The notes: generated by a model from the sequence alone, not told the origin. A stretch of 63,047 nucleotides of DNA, filler included, from Octopus bimaculoides (GCF_001194135.2; 6 parts of 6 records of this genome joined end to end with filler, not necessarily neighbours in it), one strand, 5' to 3'; positions 23,860-33,562 are shown, counted from the first letter of the whole stretch. A program made the numbers and translations.

Positions 23860-24390
23860 TTGCGAGCTGGCAGAAGTAGTTAGCACGTCGGACAAAATGC
23901 TTTGCGGCATTTCTGCTGAGTCTTCGCGTTCTGAGTTCAAATCCTGCCGAAGTCAACTTTTCATCCGTTTGGAGTCGATAAAATAAAATACCAATCAAGT
24001 TCTGAAATCGATATAATTGATTAGTTACTTCTCCACTGAAAATTTCAGATCTCGTTCCTGTAGTAGAAAGAATTATAACATAGAGACTCTTCCTCAAAAT
24101 TATAAGATTTCTAATGGAAGTTTTAAAGCGAAATAGTATCACAGTTCAGCTCCAGTGAATGTATCAGAGTATGATAGTTAAGTCGGTTACATTTAGTATT
24201 AATTTCAAATTTTGGCACAAGGCCAGCAATTGCGGTGTAGAAGTTAAGTTGGTTACATCGACCCCAGTATTCAACTGGTACTTATATTATCGATCCTGAA
24301 CGCGATGAAAGACGAAGTTGACCTTGTGGAACACAGAACGTAAAGACAAACGAATTGACGATAAGCATTTTGTCCGGCGTGCTAACGGTT
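23860..24390. mobile_element. SINE family A copies: 23860-24060 (+) and 24200-24390 (-)
   Basis: gagctggcagaagtagttagcacg...gagttcaaatcc on +; a second, more diverged copy on -. Confidence 0.75.
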
Positions 24391-24623
24391 CTTATTTCTT
24401 CACTGCCCACAAGGGGCTACACACAGAGGGGACAAACAAGGACAGACAAACGGATTAAGTCAATTATATCGACCCCAGTGCGTAACTGGTACTTATTTAA
24501 TCGACCCCGAAAGGATGAAAGGCAAAGTCGACCTAGGCGGAATTTGAACTCAGAACGTAACGGCAGACGAAATATCGCTAAGCATTTCGCCCGGCGTGCT
24601 AACATTTCTGCCAGCTCGCCGCC
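24391..24623 (-). mobile_element. tRNA-derived SINE 'family A', well preserved
   Basis: Minus: ggcggcgagctggcagaaatgttagcacgccgggcgaaatg...gagttcaaattccgcc (B-box)...gtcgactttgcctttcatcctttcggggtcgat. Other copies at about 895-1010(+), 2940-3140(-), 3500-3560(-), 23095-23240(-), 38445-38515(+), 58450-58570(-). Confidence 0.88.
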
Positions 24624-25504
24624 CTAGATGGTGGTTATAATATTGATTGTAAATTTTGGCACAAAGCCAAAAAGTTCGGGGGTGGGTGGGGGTTCAATCN
24701 NNNNNNNNNNNNNNNNNNNNNNNNNNNNNNNNNNNNNNNNNNNNNNNNNNNNNNNNNNNNNNNNNNNNNNNNNNNNNNNNNNNNNNNNNNNNNNNNNNNN
24801 NNNNNNNNNNNNNNNNNNNNNNNNNNNNNNNNNNNNNNNNNNNNNNNNNNNNNNNNNNNNNNNNNNNNNNNNNNNNNNNNNNNNNNNNNNNNNNNNNNNN
24901 NNNNNNNNNNNNNNNNNNNNNNNNNNNNNNNNNNNNNNNNNNNNNNNNNNNNNNNNNNNNNNNNNNNNNNNNNNNNNNNNNNNNNNNNNNNNNNNNNNNN
25001 NNNNNNNNNNNNNNNNNNNNNNNNNNNNNNNNNNNNNNNNNNNNNNNNNNNNNNNNNNNNNNNNNNNNNNNNNNNNNNNNNNNNNNNNNNNNNNNNNNNN
25101 NNNNNNNNNNNNNNNNNNNNNNNNNNNNNNNNNNNNNNNNNNNNNNNNNNNNNNNNNNNNNNNNNNNNNNNNNNNNNNNNNNNNNNNNNNNNNNNNNNNN
25201 NNNNNNNNNNNNNNNNNNNNNNNNNNNNNNNNNNNNNNNNNNNNNNNNNNNNNNNNNNNNNNNNNNNNNNNNNNNNNNNNNNNNNNNNNNNNNNNNNNNN
25301 NNNNNNNNNNNNNNNNNNNNNNNNNNNNNNNNNNNNNNNNNNNNNNNNNNNNNNNNNNNNNNNNNNNNNNNNNNNNNNNNNNNNNNNNNNNNNNNNNNNN
25401 NNNNNNNNNNNNNNNNNNNNNGAGAGAGAGAGAGAGAGAGAGAGAGAGTGTGTGTGTGTGAATGTGTGAATGTGCGTATATTTGGGTGGGCATGTATATA
25501 ACTT

Positions 25505-25912
25505 TTGCCTTTTACTTGTTTCAATCATTTGACTGCGGCCATGCTGGGGCACCACCTTAAAGGGTTTTAGTCGAACAAATCGACCCTAGCATTTAATTTT
25601 TTTAAAGCCTAGTACTTATTCTATCGGTCCACTAAGTTAAGGGGACGTAAACACACCAACACCGGTCGGCAATCGATGGTGGTGGGACAAACACAAACAC
25701 AAAAACACAAAGATACACACACAAACACAAACACGCACAGACACACACACGCACACACACACATGCATATATACGACAGGCTTCTTTCAGTTTCCGTCTA
25801 CCAAATCCACTCAAAAGGCTTTGGTCAGCCCTAGGTTATAGTAGAAGACACTTGCCCAAGGTGTCAAGAAGTGGGACTGAACTCTGAACCATGTGGCTGG
25901 GAAGCAAGCTTC
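25505..25912 (-). mobile_element. SINE family B
   Basis: Collinear with 16664-17112. Confidence 0.82.
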
Positions 25913-26141
25913 TTTATTTCATGAAACTGGCCTTGAATGAAAAGAACGAATTAATATAATGAAAGATGAAATGAAACCGTTCAGCCCCACCACCGAGCGA
26001 CTTCATTGAACCTGTTACTGTAACATGTTTTTGAACACTAGNNNNNNNNNNNNNNNNNNNNNNNNNNNNNNNNNNNNNNNNNNNNTTAATTAATTAANNN
26101 NNNNNNNNNNNNNNNNNNNNNNNNNNNNNNNNNNNNNNNNN

Positions 26142-26217
<76 letters not shown>

Positions 26218-26429
26218 GTATGTATGCATGTGTGCATGCCCATAAGAGTTATATATCAATGTTCTTTATGTTGCTAGTTTTTGAACGCCAGCATTTCAAC
26301 ACATTTGTAAATGCTGGTTAAGTGTTGTGATTTCTTCTGGCCGTAAGTGTCTGTTTGCAATATTAACTCTAAGGTCTTTAATTTTTTGACTTCCCTCCCG
26401 CTTTTTGGATGTCTGATAGAAAGGAAGCA

Positions 26430-26860
26430 GTCAAAATTATGATCTAGGTGGAGGGTGCATATTTATTGCAAATGCCCATTAGGGTTGACTATCACAGGCT
26501 CCCAACTCATCTGGCTAAGCAGGGTCTAACTCAGAAAACTGGGCAACATGGCTAAATAGTCTGAACGAGTGCTCCCAAATTGTGTTGGTTGACGTCATGC
26601 CACATAGTTACAGAAGATGAGAAGGTATCACATGGAGATGGGGACTGACTGGAACTCTGCTCAACAGACCGTCTGGGTGGATCCAGGAAAATATCAACAA
26701 ACGGTGAATGCAGCAATGCGCTGCAACAGTGCATGCCTCTGCATCTGACCTGACCTCATTATGAATTCATAGTGAACCAACAGGAAAGTGTCATATTTGT
26801 ATGGCCAATGTAACAGAATCATTAAGCTTACAGCTAGCTGTCATGTTTTTGAAATCAAAC
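26430..26860 (+). mobile_element. Highly degenerate mariner-type transposase fragment
   Basis: IVTEDEK at 26604-26624 (mariner IVTGDEKW) and HYEF at 26757-26768; no continuous ORF. Confidence 0.4.
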
Positions 26861-26959
26861 TCAACAATCAGACTCCTCATGGTTGTAGCTTTCTGGCTTG
26901 TGGTTTCTCCATAATGAGATTTTTTTTAATTGTAGGTATAAAAATCATGCTAAAACTAA

Positions 26960-27410
26960 CCTCACCTGTGCTAGTGCCACATAAAAAGCACTGAGGCCAC
27001 TCTGCAGAGTGGTTGGTGTTAGGAAGGGCATCCAGCTTTAGAAACCCTGCCAAAACAGACACAGTAGCTTGGGGTAGTTTTCAACTTGGCTGGCTCCTGT
27101 CAACAGTCCTACCCATGCATACATGGAAGATGGACATTAAACAATGATAATGTATTCTGGGTACAATCTCTTCCCTTCTCTATGCATTCTCTCAATTTCA
27201 TTTTTATATAGTTTCTATATATATTCCCATGCTGGTGCCATGTAAAAAGCACCCAGAACACTCTGTAAAGCGTTTGATGTTGGGAAGGGCATCCAGCTAC
27301 AGAAACCCTGCCAAAGCAAACAACTGAAGCTTGGTGCAGCTCTCCAGCTTACCAACTCCTGTCAAGCCATCCAACCCATACCAGCACAGAAAACAGAGGT
27401 TAAATGATGT
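26960..27410 (+). mobile_element. Two tandem RTE 3'-UTR-type tails (about 26960-27150 and 27230-27410)
   Basis: Each has taaaa(a)gcac...ctctg...tgtt(a/g)ggaagggcatccagct...ccaacccat(a/g)c, as in the other RTE tails. Confidence 0.7.
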
Positions 27411-27437
27411 TCTCTTCTCTATTTCTCTGTGATTTAT

Positions 27438-27656
27438 CCCTTTAGCCTTTAAGCCAGCTGTATCCATCTTAAATATTCTACTTGCTTTACATTCGAACTG
27501 CCACATCCAGTCTTTCAAACCTATCCTACAATGTCATTCTAAAAATAAACAGTCACATCATTGAAACCTCAAATCTACAAGCTGATGCATTATTAATTCA
27601 AAACAAGGTGAATATATAAGCTTCACATTTGACAAAGTCATCCAAATGCTAAAGGG
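27438..27656. mobile_element. piggyBac-like MITE (219 bp)
   Basis: Terminal inverted repeats ccctttagcctt / aatgctaaaggg flanked by degenerate TTAA-like sites (ttat / ttca). Confidence 0.6.
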
Positions 27657-27717
27657 TTCAAGAAATCTTTCCTTTCTCTTTTCCAGATTATTCTTTCCTG
27701 CCTGAAACAATTCCAAG

Positions 27718-27772
27718 ATGTCCAATCCAAAATCATGGGGTCAGTCATTTGAGTTTCTCATCAGAAGTGAAG
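27718..27772 (+). CDS. RGS: RGS-domain protein, coding exon 1 (MSNPKSWGQSFEFLIRSE + first nt of Asp); exon begins at 27687 with 31 nt of presumed 5' UTR
   Basis: Polypyrimidine tract plus ttccAG acceptor ending at 27686; ATG at 27718; G|GTAAGG donor (phase 1). W-x-x-S-F-E-x-L matches RGS helix 1. G + AT of the next exon gives Asp in frame. Family-level name only; orthologue not identified. Confidence 0.85.
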
Positions 27773-27809
27773 GTAAGGGGACAACATATTTCGGTATTTT
27801 ATTCAGTTG

Positions 27810-28234
27810 TTTTTAGTGCACCCATGCTGGTGGCATGTAAAGAACACCTTTCGAACCTTGGGCGTCACAGAGGTAAAGTGGCTGAGTTCCTTTTGAGTGT
27901 TGGGCCTCACAGAGGCTATGACTGAGATCTTTGGCATTCTGTCGTGCTTGAGAAGACCCATCAAGCCAAGCAAAATCATAGTTGTGGCAGATACTGGTGT
28001 CACACAAATTGGTACTTGTGCTGGTGGTGCGTAAAAGCACCCCAGTGTTACACAAATGGCACATGTGCTGGTGGCACATAAAAGCACCCACTACACTCTC
28101 AGAGAGGTTGGCGTTAGGAAGGGCATCCAGCTTTATAAAACCATGCCAAATCAGACTGGAGTGTGGTGCAGCTTTCCAGTGTGCCAGCCCAGTCAAACCG
28201 TCCAACCCATACCAGCATGGACAACGGATGCTAA

Positions 28235-28265
<31 letters not shown>
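27810..28265 (+). mobile_element. RTE 3'-UTR copy with (GAT)n tail (RGS intron 1)
   Basis: Collinear with 8330-8790. Confidence 0.8.
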
Positions 28266-28269
<4 letters not shown>

Positions 28270-28329
28270 TATCTTTTGTTTCTCTTAGTATGTATATGTG
28301 GGGGAAGGGAGTAACAAGACACACTGTAC

Positions 28330-28590
28330 TCAGATATGTTGGCGGTGTCGGTGTCATCATATGAAGGAGTCCCTAATTTGTATACCGAAAGTGTTTAACA
28401 CTATAAATACCAGCAGCCTGTCAACGGGGATCTTAGTCCACACAGTATCAAAGTATGACATAATGAATATGTAACATATGGTATAATTATAAGCAAGGAA
28501 GATTTTAGCCATTTCTCCGCAGACTGAAAAAAATTATGAATAACTTTAATCGGTTTTTGAACCTTCTTGGGTTCTCATCAATATATATAT
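28330..28590 (-). mobile_element. Probable Penelope pLTR-like fragment with a degenerate hammerhead motif
   Basis: Minus strand reads TTGATGA-GAACC-caagaa-GGTTC-AAAAAC-CGATT; compare CTGATGA-stem II-GAAAC-CG-GT of PLE hammerheads. Confidence 0.4.
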
Positions 28591-28918
28591 CTATTTAAAT
28601 AAAGAAGTACTATTACTGTTATTAATGATAATAATAAGGTGGCTAGTAAGTTTACCCCTTTACAGGCAAAATATAAGCCAAATTTAGATTCAGTAGGGTG
28701 TTTAAATACCAATTGCTATAATCGGAGCCATTGCTCCAAAACCACCTACTGGATCTAAATTTGGTATAATTTGGTATAAATCTATCAAAGTAATTGTATA
28801 TTTATGTATATAACCTTATTTTGTTCCATTCTAAACAAAACTGTCCAATGAATGGGAACGAGAAACTCTGAGTAACAGTTTTTGTGATATTTTAGCTGCT
28901 TTTTTAATAAAGTGTGTG

Positions 28919-28961
<43 letters not shown>

Positions 28962-29217
28962 NNNNNNNNNNNNNNNNNNNNNNNNNNNNNNNNNNNNNNN
29001 NNNNNNNNNNNNNNNNNNNNNNNNNNNNNNNNNNNNNNNNNNNNNNNNNNNNNNNNNNNNNNNNNNNNNNNNNNNNNNNNNNNNNNNNNNNNNNNNNNNN
29101 NNNNNNNNNNNNNNNNNNNNNNNNNNNNNNNNNNNNNNNNNNNNNNNNNNNNNNNNNNNNNNNNNNNNNNNNNNNNNNNNNNNNNNNNNNNNNNNNNNNN
29201 NNNNNNNNNNNNNNNNN

Positions 29218-29248
<31 letters not shown>

Positions 29249-29468
29249 TTGTATATGTTTGTGTGTCTGTGTTTGTCCCCCAACATCGCTTGACAACCGA
29301 TGCTGGTGTGTTTACGTCCCTGTAACTTAGTGGTTCAGCAAAAGAGAGACTGATAGAATAAGTACTAGGCTTACAAAGGATAAGTCCTGGAGTCGATTTC
29401 TTCTACTAAAGGCAGTGCTCCAGCATGGCCACAGTCAAATGACTGAAACAAGTAAAAGAGTAAAAGAG
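29218..29468 (+). mobile_element. SINE family B, 3' half (RGS intron 1)
   Basis: Body and tail match family B; the 5' part is presumably in the adjacent gap. Confidence 0.8.
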
Positions 29469-29502
<34 letters not shown>

Positions 29503-29679
29503 TAGGGCAAAGAAGAAAATGGAGAAGATAATTAATTAACAAACATCAGCCTGCAAACATCCATTGGATCTATTAATTAATCACAATCATGTGTAAATAA
29601 AAAATAAAAAATAAGTAAATAAAAAAGTAAATGAATAGGAATAAATGAGTGAATAATACTATACTCTTACAGCTGTTTC

Positions 29680-29878
29680 TACTTTGGGGGTCCACCCTAC
29701 CAAATTTGGCACATCATATCAATATTATACAGAAATTATACAAAAGTTGAACAAAGGTTGGACAGTTAGAGAAGGGGTGCATATTATACACAAGGTTTAG
29801 GTTTTTCAGAGGTACAGCTCCCTAAAAATACCCTGCGTATTATACTTAAGGGCGGACTATACTCAAGGATTTACGGTA
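29680..29878. mobile_element. pogo/Tigger-like element fragment (one end)
   Basis: Ends tatactcaaggatttacgg-ta, resembling a pogo-type TIR plus TA; other end not seen. Confidence 0.4.
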
Positions 29879-30201
29879 GACATTTTTATATATAAGAACA
29901 TACTCTTTGTTTATCTTCAACTCATTATATCCATTTACACTTGTTTACAACAATTGCGTGATTAATTAGTGAAGGGTTAATGCATCTGGTATGTACCATA
30001 CTTGATAGCATTGTATGCACTTTTTTCTCTAAAATCACTCTTGGTCCTATTTACAAAGTAGAGTCTCCCATAAGCTTTAAAATATTAAGTGCCTTTTTCC
30101 CTGAATATGCATTGCTGAAATTGGGGTATGTCTAATATGCTCCTGTGTCTTTTATGTCATCAAATACAGTTTGCAATTTTACTGTTTTCTTTTATATCCA
30201 G

Positions 30202-30368
30202 ATGGTGTGCAACTGTTTAAGCAATATCTGAAAAGCCAATTCTGTGATGAGAACCTGGACTTTTGGCTTGCTGTAGAGAACTTTCGAGAGAATTTAGACG
30301 AGGATGAACTCACAAAGCAAGCTGGTATTATTGTGAAAACCTATGTTTCTAAAAAGGCCACCCGTGCT
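30202..30368 (+). CDS. RGS: RGS-domain protein, coding exon 2 (DGVQLFKQYLKSQFCDENLDFWLAVENFRENLDEDELTKQAGIIVKTYVSKKATRA)
   Basis: ttttcttttatatccAG acceptor and T|GTAAGT donor (phase 0). Contains the RGS hallmark G-x-x-x-F-x-x-Y-L ... F-x-x-EN-L-x-FW. Confidence 0.93.
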
Positions 30369-30449
30369 GTAAGTATTTTTGTAGTTAACTTTCTGTTAGA
30401 AGCTCTTGTAAGTAAAGTAAGCCCCTGGACATAGCTTTCTCAAGCCCTT

Positions 30450-30830
30450 GACCTTATAGGACCAATTATCCAGTTTCTATGGCGTATAAGTGACCGGATT
30501 GGCATACAAGGGTAAGAGGGTGACTCAAAAAATTACCTGGACAGAGGTCACAAGAGCCACATTTCATATTCAGCAATCAAAAGGATCAATAGGACAACTT
30601 GTACTGTGAATCCTGACTAATTAAAATTGGTTGTTCAGCCATATCAAAGGAAGTAACCAAGATCACAATATTTCCCCTGAACAGGACACCAGTCCATTTT
30701 AGGGTTACTATTTTACAGCTGAGTAGAATCCATATAAAATGAAGTGTTTTGCTCAAGAACATAATGCATCACTTGGTCCAGGAATTGAAACCATGATTTT
30801 GTGGTTATAAATGCAAAACCTTAACAACCC
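30450..30830 (-). mobile_element. Old tRNA-headed SINE (interrupted); related 3' piece at about 39895-39970
   Basis: gtgttttgctcaagaac...ggaattgaaacc resembles the 22445-22560 head; ttata(g/a)gacca...gttt(c)atggcgt(a/g)taag(t/c)gacc is shared with 39910-39950. Confidence 0.45.
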
Positions 30831-30859
30831 TTGTAAATCATTAATTATTTATCATCATC

Positions 30860-31145
30860 ATCATCATCATCATTGTTTAACATCCGTTTTCCATGATGGC
30901 ATGGGTTGAATGGTTTGACTGAGGACTGGCAAGCCAGGAGGCTGTATCCGGCTCCAATCTGATCTGGCAAGACTTTTACTGCTGGATGCCCTTCCTAACA
31001 CCAACCACTCCGAGAGTGTAGTGGGTGCGTTTTACATGCCATCAGCACGGGAGTCAGTCAGGCGGCACTGGCATTGACCATTCTCGGATGGTGCTTTTTA
31101 TGTGCCACCAGCATGGGTGCCAGTCAGGCAGCACTGGCATCGACC
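30860..31145 (-). mobile_element. RTE 3'-UTR copy (RGS intron 2)
   Basis: Reverse complement of the 35485-35650 type tail plus internal units. Confidence 0.8.
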
Positions 31146-31817
31146 ACATATTTATCAAAATGGATAATTTTACTTCATCTTTGTCTAATCTAATATAAAG
31201 TATAGCAGGAAATAAGATGGTGGTAAAGTTTAAAAAGTGATTATTGTCAAGTAGTGATATTGTATGCTATGAGCAGGAACTATTTGAAGTCTATCACAAT
31301 TGACTGGGTCGGAATGAGACAATTGGGTACAGCTGTTTGGATGTTGATGATCTGGCGCTACTGACTGGACATTCAGCCAGTTTTGGTAACAGTACTTTTT
31401 GGCACTGAAGGCAAACATCTACACATACACAAATACACACACACGTGCACACACAGACAGAAAAAGTGAGAGACTATAGTTTATTAATTGAAATTAAGTA
31501 CTTTCAATTCATTAATTTATTAATTGACATAAACACTTTCCTTCTTGTACATATAAAGAAAAATATACTCACACACATAGAGAGGATGGAGGGGGAGGNN
31601 NNNNNNNNNNNNNNNNNNNNNNNNNNNNNNNNNNNNNNNNNNNNNNNNNNNNNNNNNNNNNNNNNNNNNNNNNNNNNNNNNNNNNNNNNNNNNNNNNNNN
31701 NNNNNNNNNNNNNNNNNNNNNNNNNNNNNNNNNNNNNNNNNNNNNNNNNNNNNNNNNNNNNNNNNNNNNNNNNNNNNNNNNNNNNNNNNNNNNNNNNNNN
31801 NNNNNNNNNNNNNNNNN

Positions 31818-31890
31818 GGGGAGGGAGAGATGGGGAGGGAGAGATGGGGAGGGAGAGATGGGGAGGGAGAGATGGGGAGGGAGAGAGGGG
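31818..31890. repeat. 14-bp purine repeat (gggagagatgggga)n
   Basis: About 5 units next to a gap. Confidence 0.85.
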
Positions 31891-32189
31891 GAGGGATGAA
31901 GCGAAGGAAAGAGAAGGAGGGAAAAAGCAAGGGAAAGAGAGGGGAAGGGAGAGAAACATTAAGATATCTGATGTCAAATAAGTCAGCCTTGAATTAGCAA
32001 TGCCAAATTGATGGCATGAAAACGACTGTGCCAAAATGTGCCATACCTGCCTGGAGAGCCAGTAAGGAAGTCTCTTTGCAGTTGCTCTATGTACATGAAA
32101 AGGCAGACCCCCACCCTCTCCTGACCATTGCAAATCCTCCCAGATCAGTCAGAGTGATATTATTAATGTTCCTCTTGAACCTTTGTGAT

Positions 32190-32410
32190 TCAACACCTAA
32201 AAAAAGGGAGGAACAGGGAGAGAATTCCAGAGGGATGGCATCCTGGGAAGGAAGGACTGGGTGTAATGATTAGTGTGAGGCCTGGGAGTGGTTGGACATA
32301 ACAAAGATGATGGGAAGAGGAGAGATGAGTATGATGGTAGTGCCAGGATTGAGGGGACATCATCAGCCCAGCCAGTACAAAGGAGCAGAAGCCATTATAG
32401 TAGTGGGAGA
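32190..32410 (-). mobile_element. CR1/L2/Jockey-group LINE, C-terminal fragment
   Basis: Minus: YYNGFCS...LAGL, then in another frame TNHYTQSFLPRMPSLWNSLP (SFFPRT-x-x-LWN-x-LP motif). Confidence 0.55.
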
Positions 32411-32459
32411 AAAAGAAAAAGAAATACAAATAAAAGTTGAAAAAAAGTATTCAGTATGG

Positions 32460-32860
32460 TGCAGGTGTGGCTGTGTGGTAAGAAGTTTGCTTCCCAGCCA
32501 CATGGTTCTGAGTTCAGTCCCACTGCATGGGTAAGTGTCTTCTATTATATAGCCTTGGGCCAACCAGCCTTGTGAGAGAATTTCATAGACCGAAACTGTA
32601 AGGAGCCCATCGTGTGTGTGTGTGTGTGTGTGTATGTCAGTGTGTCTGTGGTTGTTTCCACCTCTGCTTGACAACCAATGTAAATGCGTTTATGTCCCTG
32701 TGACTTAGTGGTTCAGCAAAAGAGACCAATAGAATAAGTAAGTATCCGGCATTAAAAACAATTAAGTACTGGGATCAATTCATTCAACCAAAACTTCTTC
32801 AAGGTGGTGCCCCAGCATGGCCACAGTCAAATGACTGAAACAAGTAGAAGAAAGATAAAA
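32460..32860 (+). mobile_element. SINE family B (RGS intron 2)
   Basis: ggtgtggctgtgtggtaagaag...agttcagtccc...cagcatggccacagtcaaatgactgaaacaag. Confidence 0.8.
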
Positions 32861-33009
32861 GAAATGGCTAGATTAGCATAATTGTAGAGTATTGGATAAA
32901 ATGTTTTACAATGTTTAGCAATTTCCTTAAGAAGACACTTATCTCTGTCCCTCTATTAAGATTTAATCTCTCAACCTGCACACTGCCACCTCCCACATAC
33001 CACTCCCTC

Positions 33010-33270
33010 TCCCAGCTGAGAACGTCTTTGTCTTGCAAGTTACTTGGTAACCCCACTGATGCTGGTGCTACATAAAAAGCACCTGTGTTGCCACCACATA
33101 AAAAGCAACCTGTACATTCTGTAAAGTGGTTGGAGTTAGGAAAGGCACCCACCTGTAGAAACCATATCAAAGCAGACAACGGAGCCTGGTGCAGTTTTCT
33201 GGCTTGCCAACTCCTGTCAAACTATCTGACCCATACCAGCATGGAAAATAGACATTAAATAATGATGATA
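33010..33270 (+). mobile_element. RTE 3'-UTR-type tail (RGS intron 2)
   Basis: tctttgtcttgcaagttacttgg...gctggtgctacataaaaagcac...ggagcctggtgcag...ccataccagcatggaaaatagacattaaataatgatg. Confidence 0.7.
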
Positions 33271-33397
33271 AAGTTTGGCTTTTATTCTTTTGGGGGATGA
33301 TAAAATATAAGTCAAATATTGATGTAGATAAAATTGACTAAACTGCCTCTTCAAATTCCAGACTATTTTTATCTTCTCTTTCTTTTTACATTTTCAG

Positions 33398-33562
33398 GTA
33401 AATCTTAAGGCCCCAAACAGAGAGAGAACAGTAAAGGCTGTTGAAGCAAATGCTCATAGAAACGTCTTTGATGATGCCCAAAAGGAAATCTATGACTTCA
33501 TGCAACGAGATCCCTATGTTCGATTTTTGAAATCTGAACAATATGCCAACGCATGTGCATAA
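33398..33562 (+). CDS. RGS: RGS-domain protein, terminal coding exon (VNLKAPNRERTVKAVEANAHRNVFDDAQKEIYDFMQRDPYVRFLKSEQYANACA*)
   Basis: Long polypyrimidine tract plus ttttcAG, phase 0 and in frame with exon 2. RGS C-terminal signature VN-L ... F-x-x-AQ-x-x-I-x-x-x-M-x-x-D-x-Y-x-RFL-x-S; TAA at 33560-33562. Missed by the ORF track because it has no start codon. Confidence 0.93.
   Translation, partial: VNLKAPNRERTVKAVEANAHRNVFDDAQKEIYDFMQRDPYVRFLKSEQYANACA

Noticed and set aside
27703-27705. A-to-I read-through of the upstream TGA (to TGG) extending the RGS N-terminus
   Set aside because: The extension (LFFPAWNNSK) shows no recognisable RGS N-terminal feature and there is no evidence of editing; a 5' UTR is simpler.
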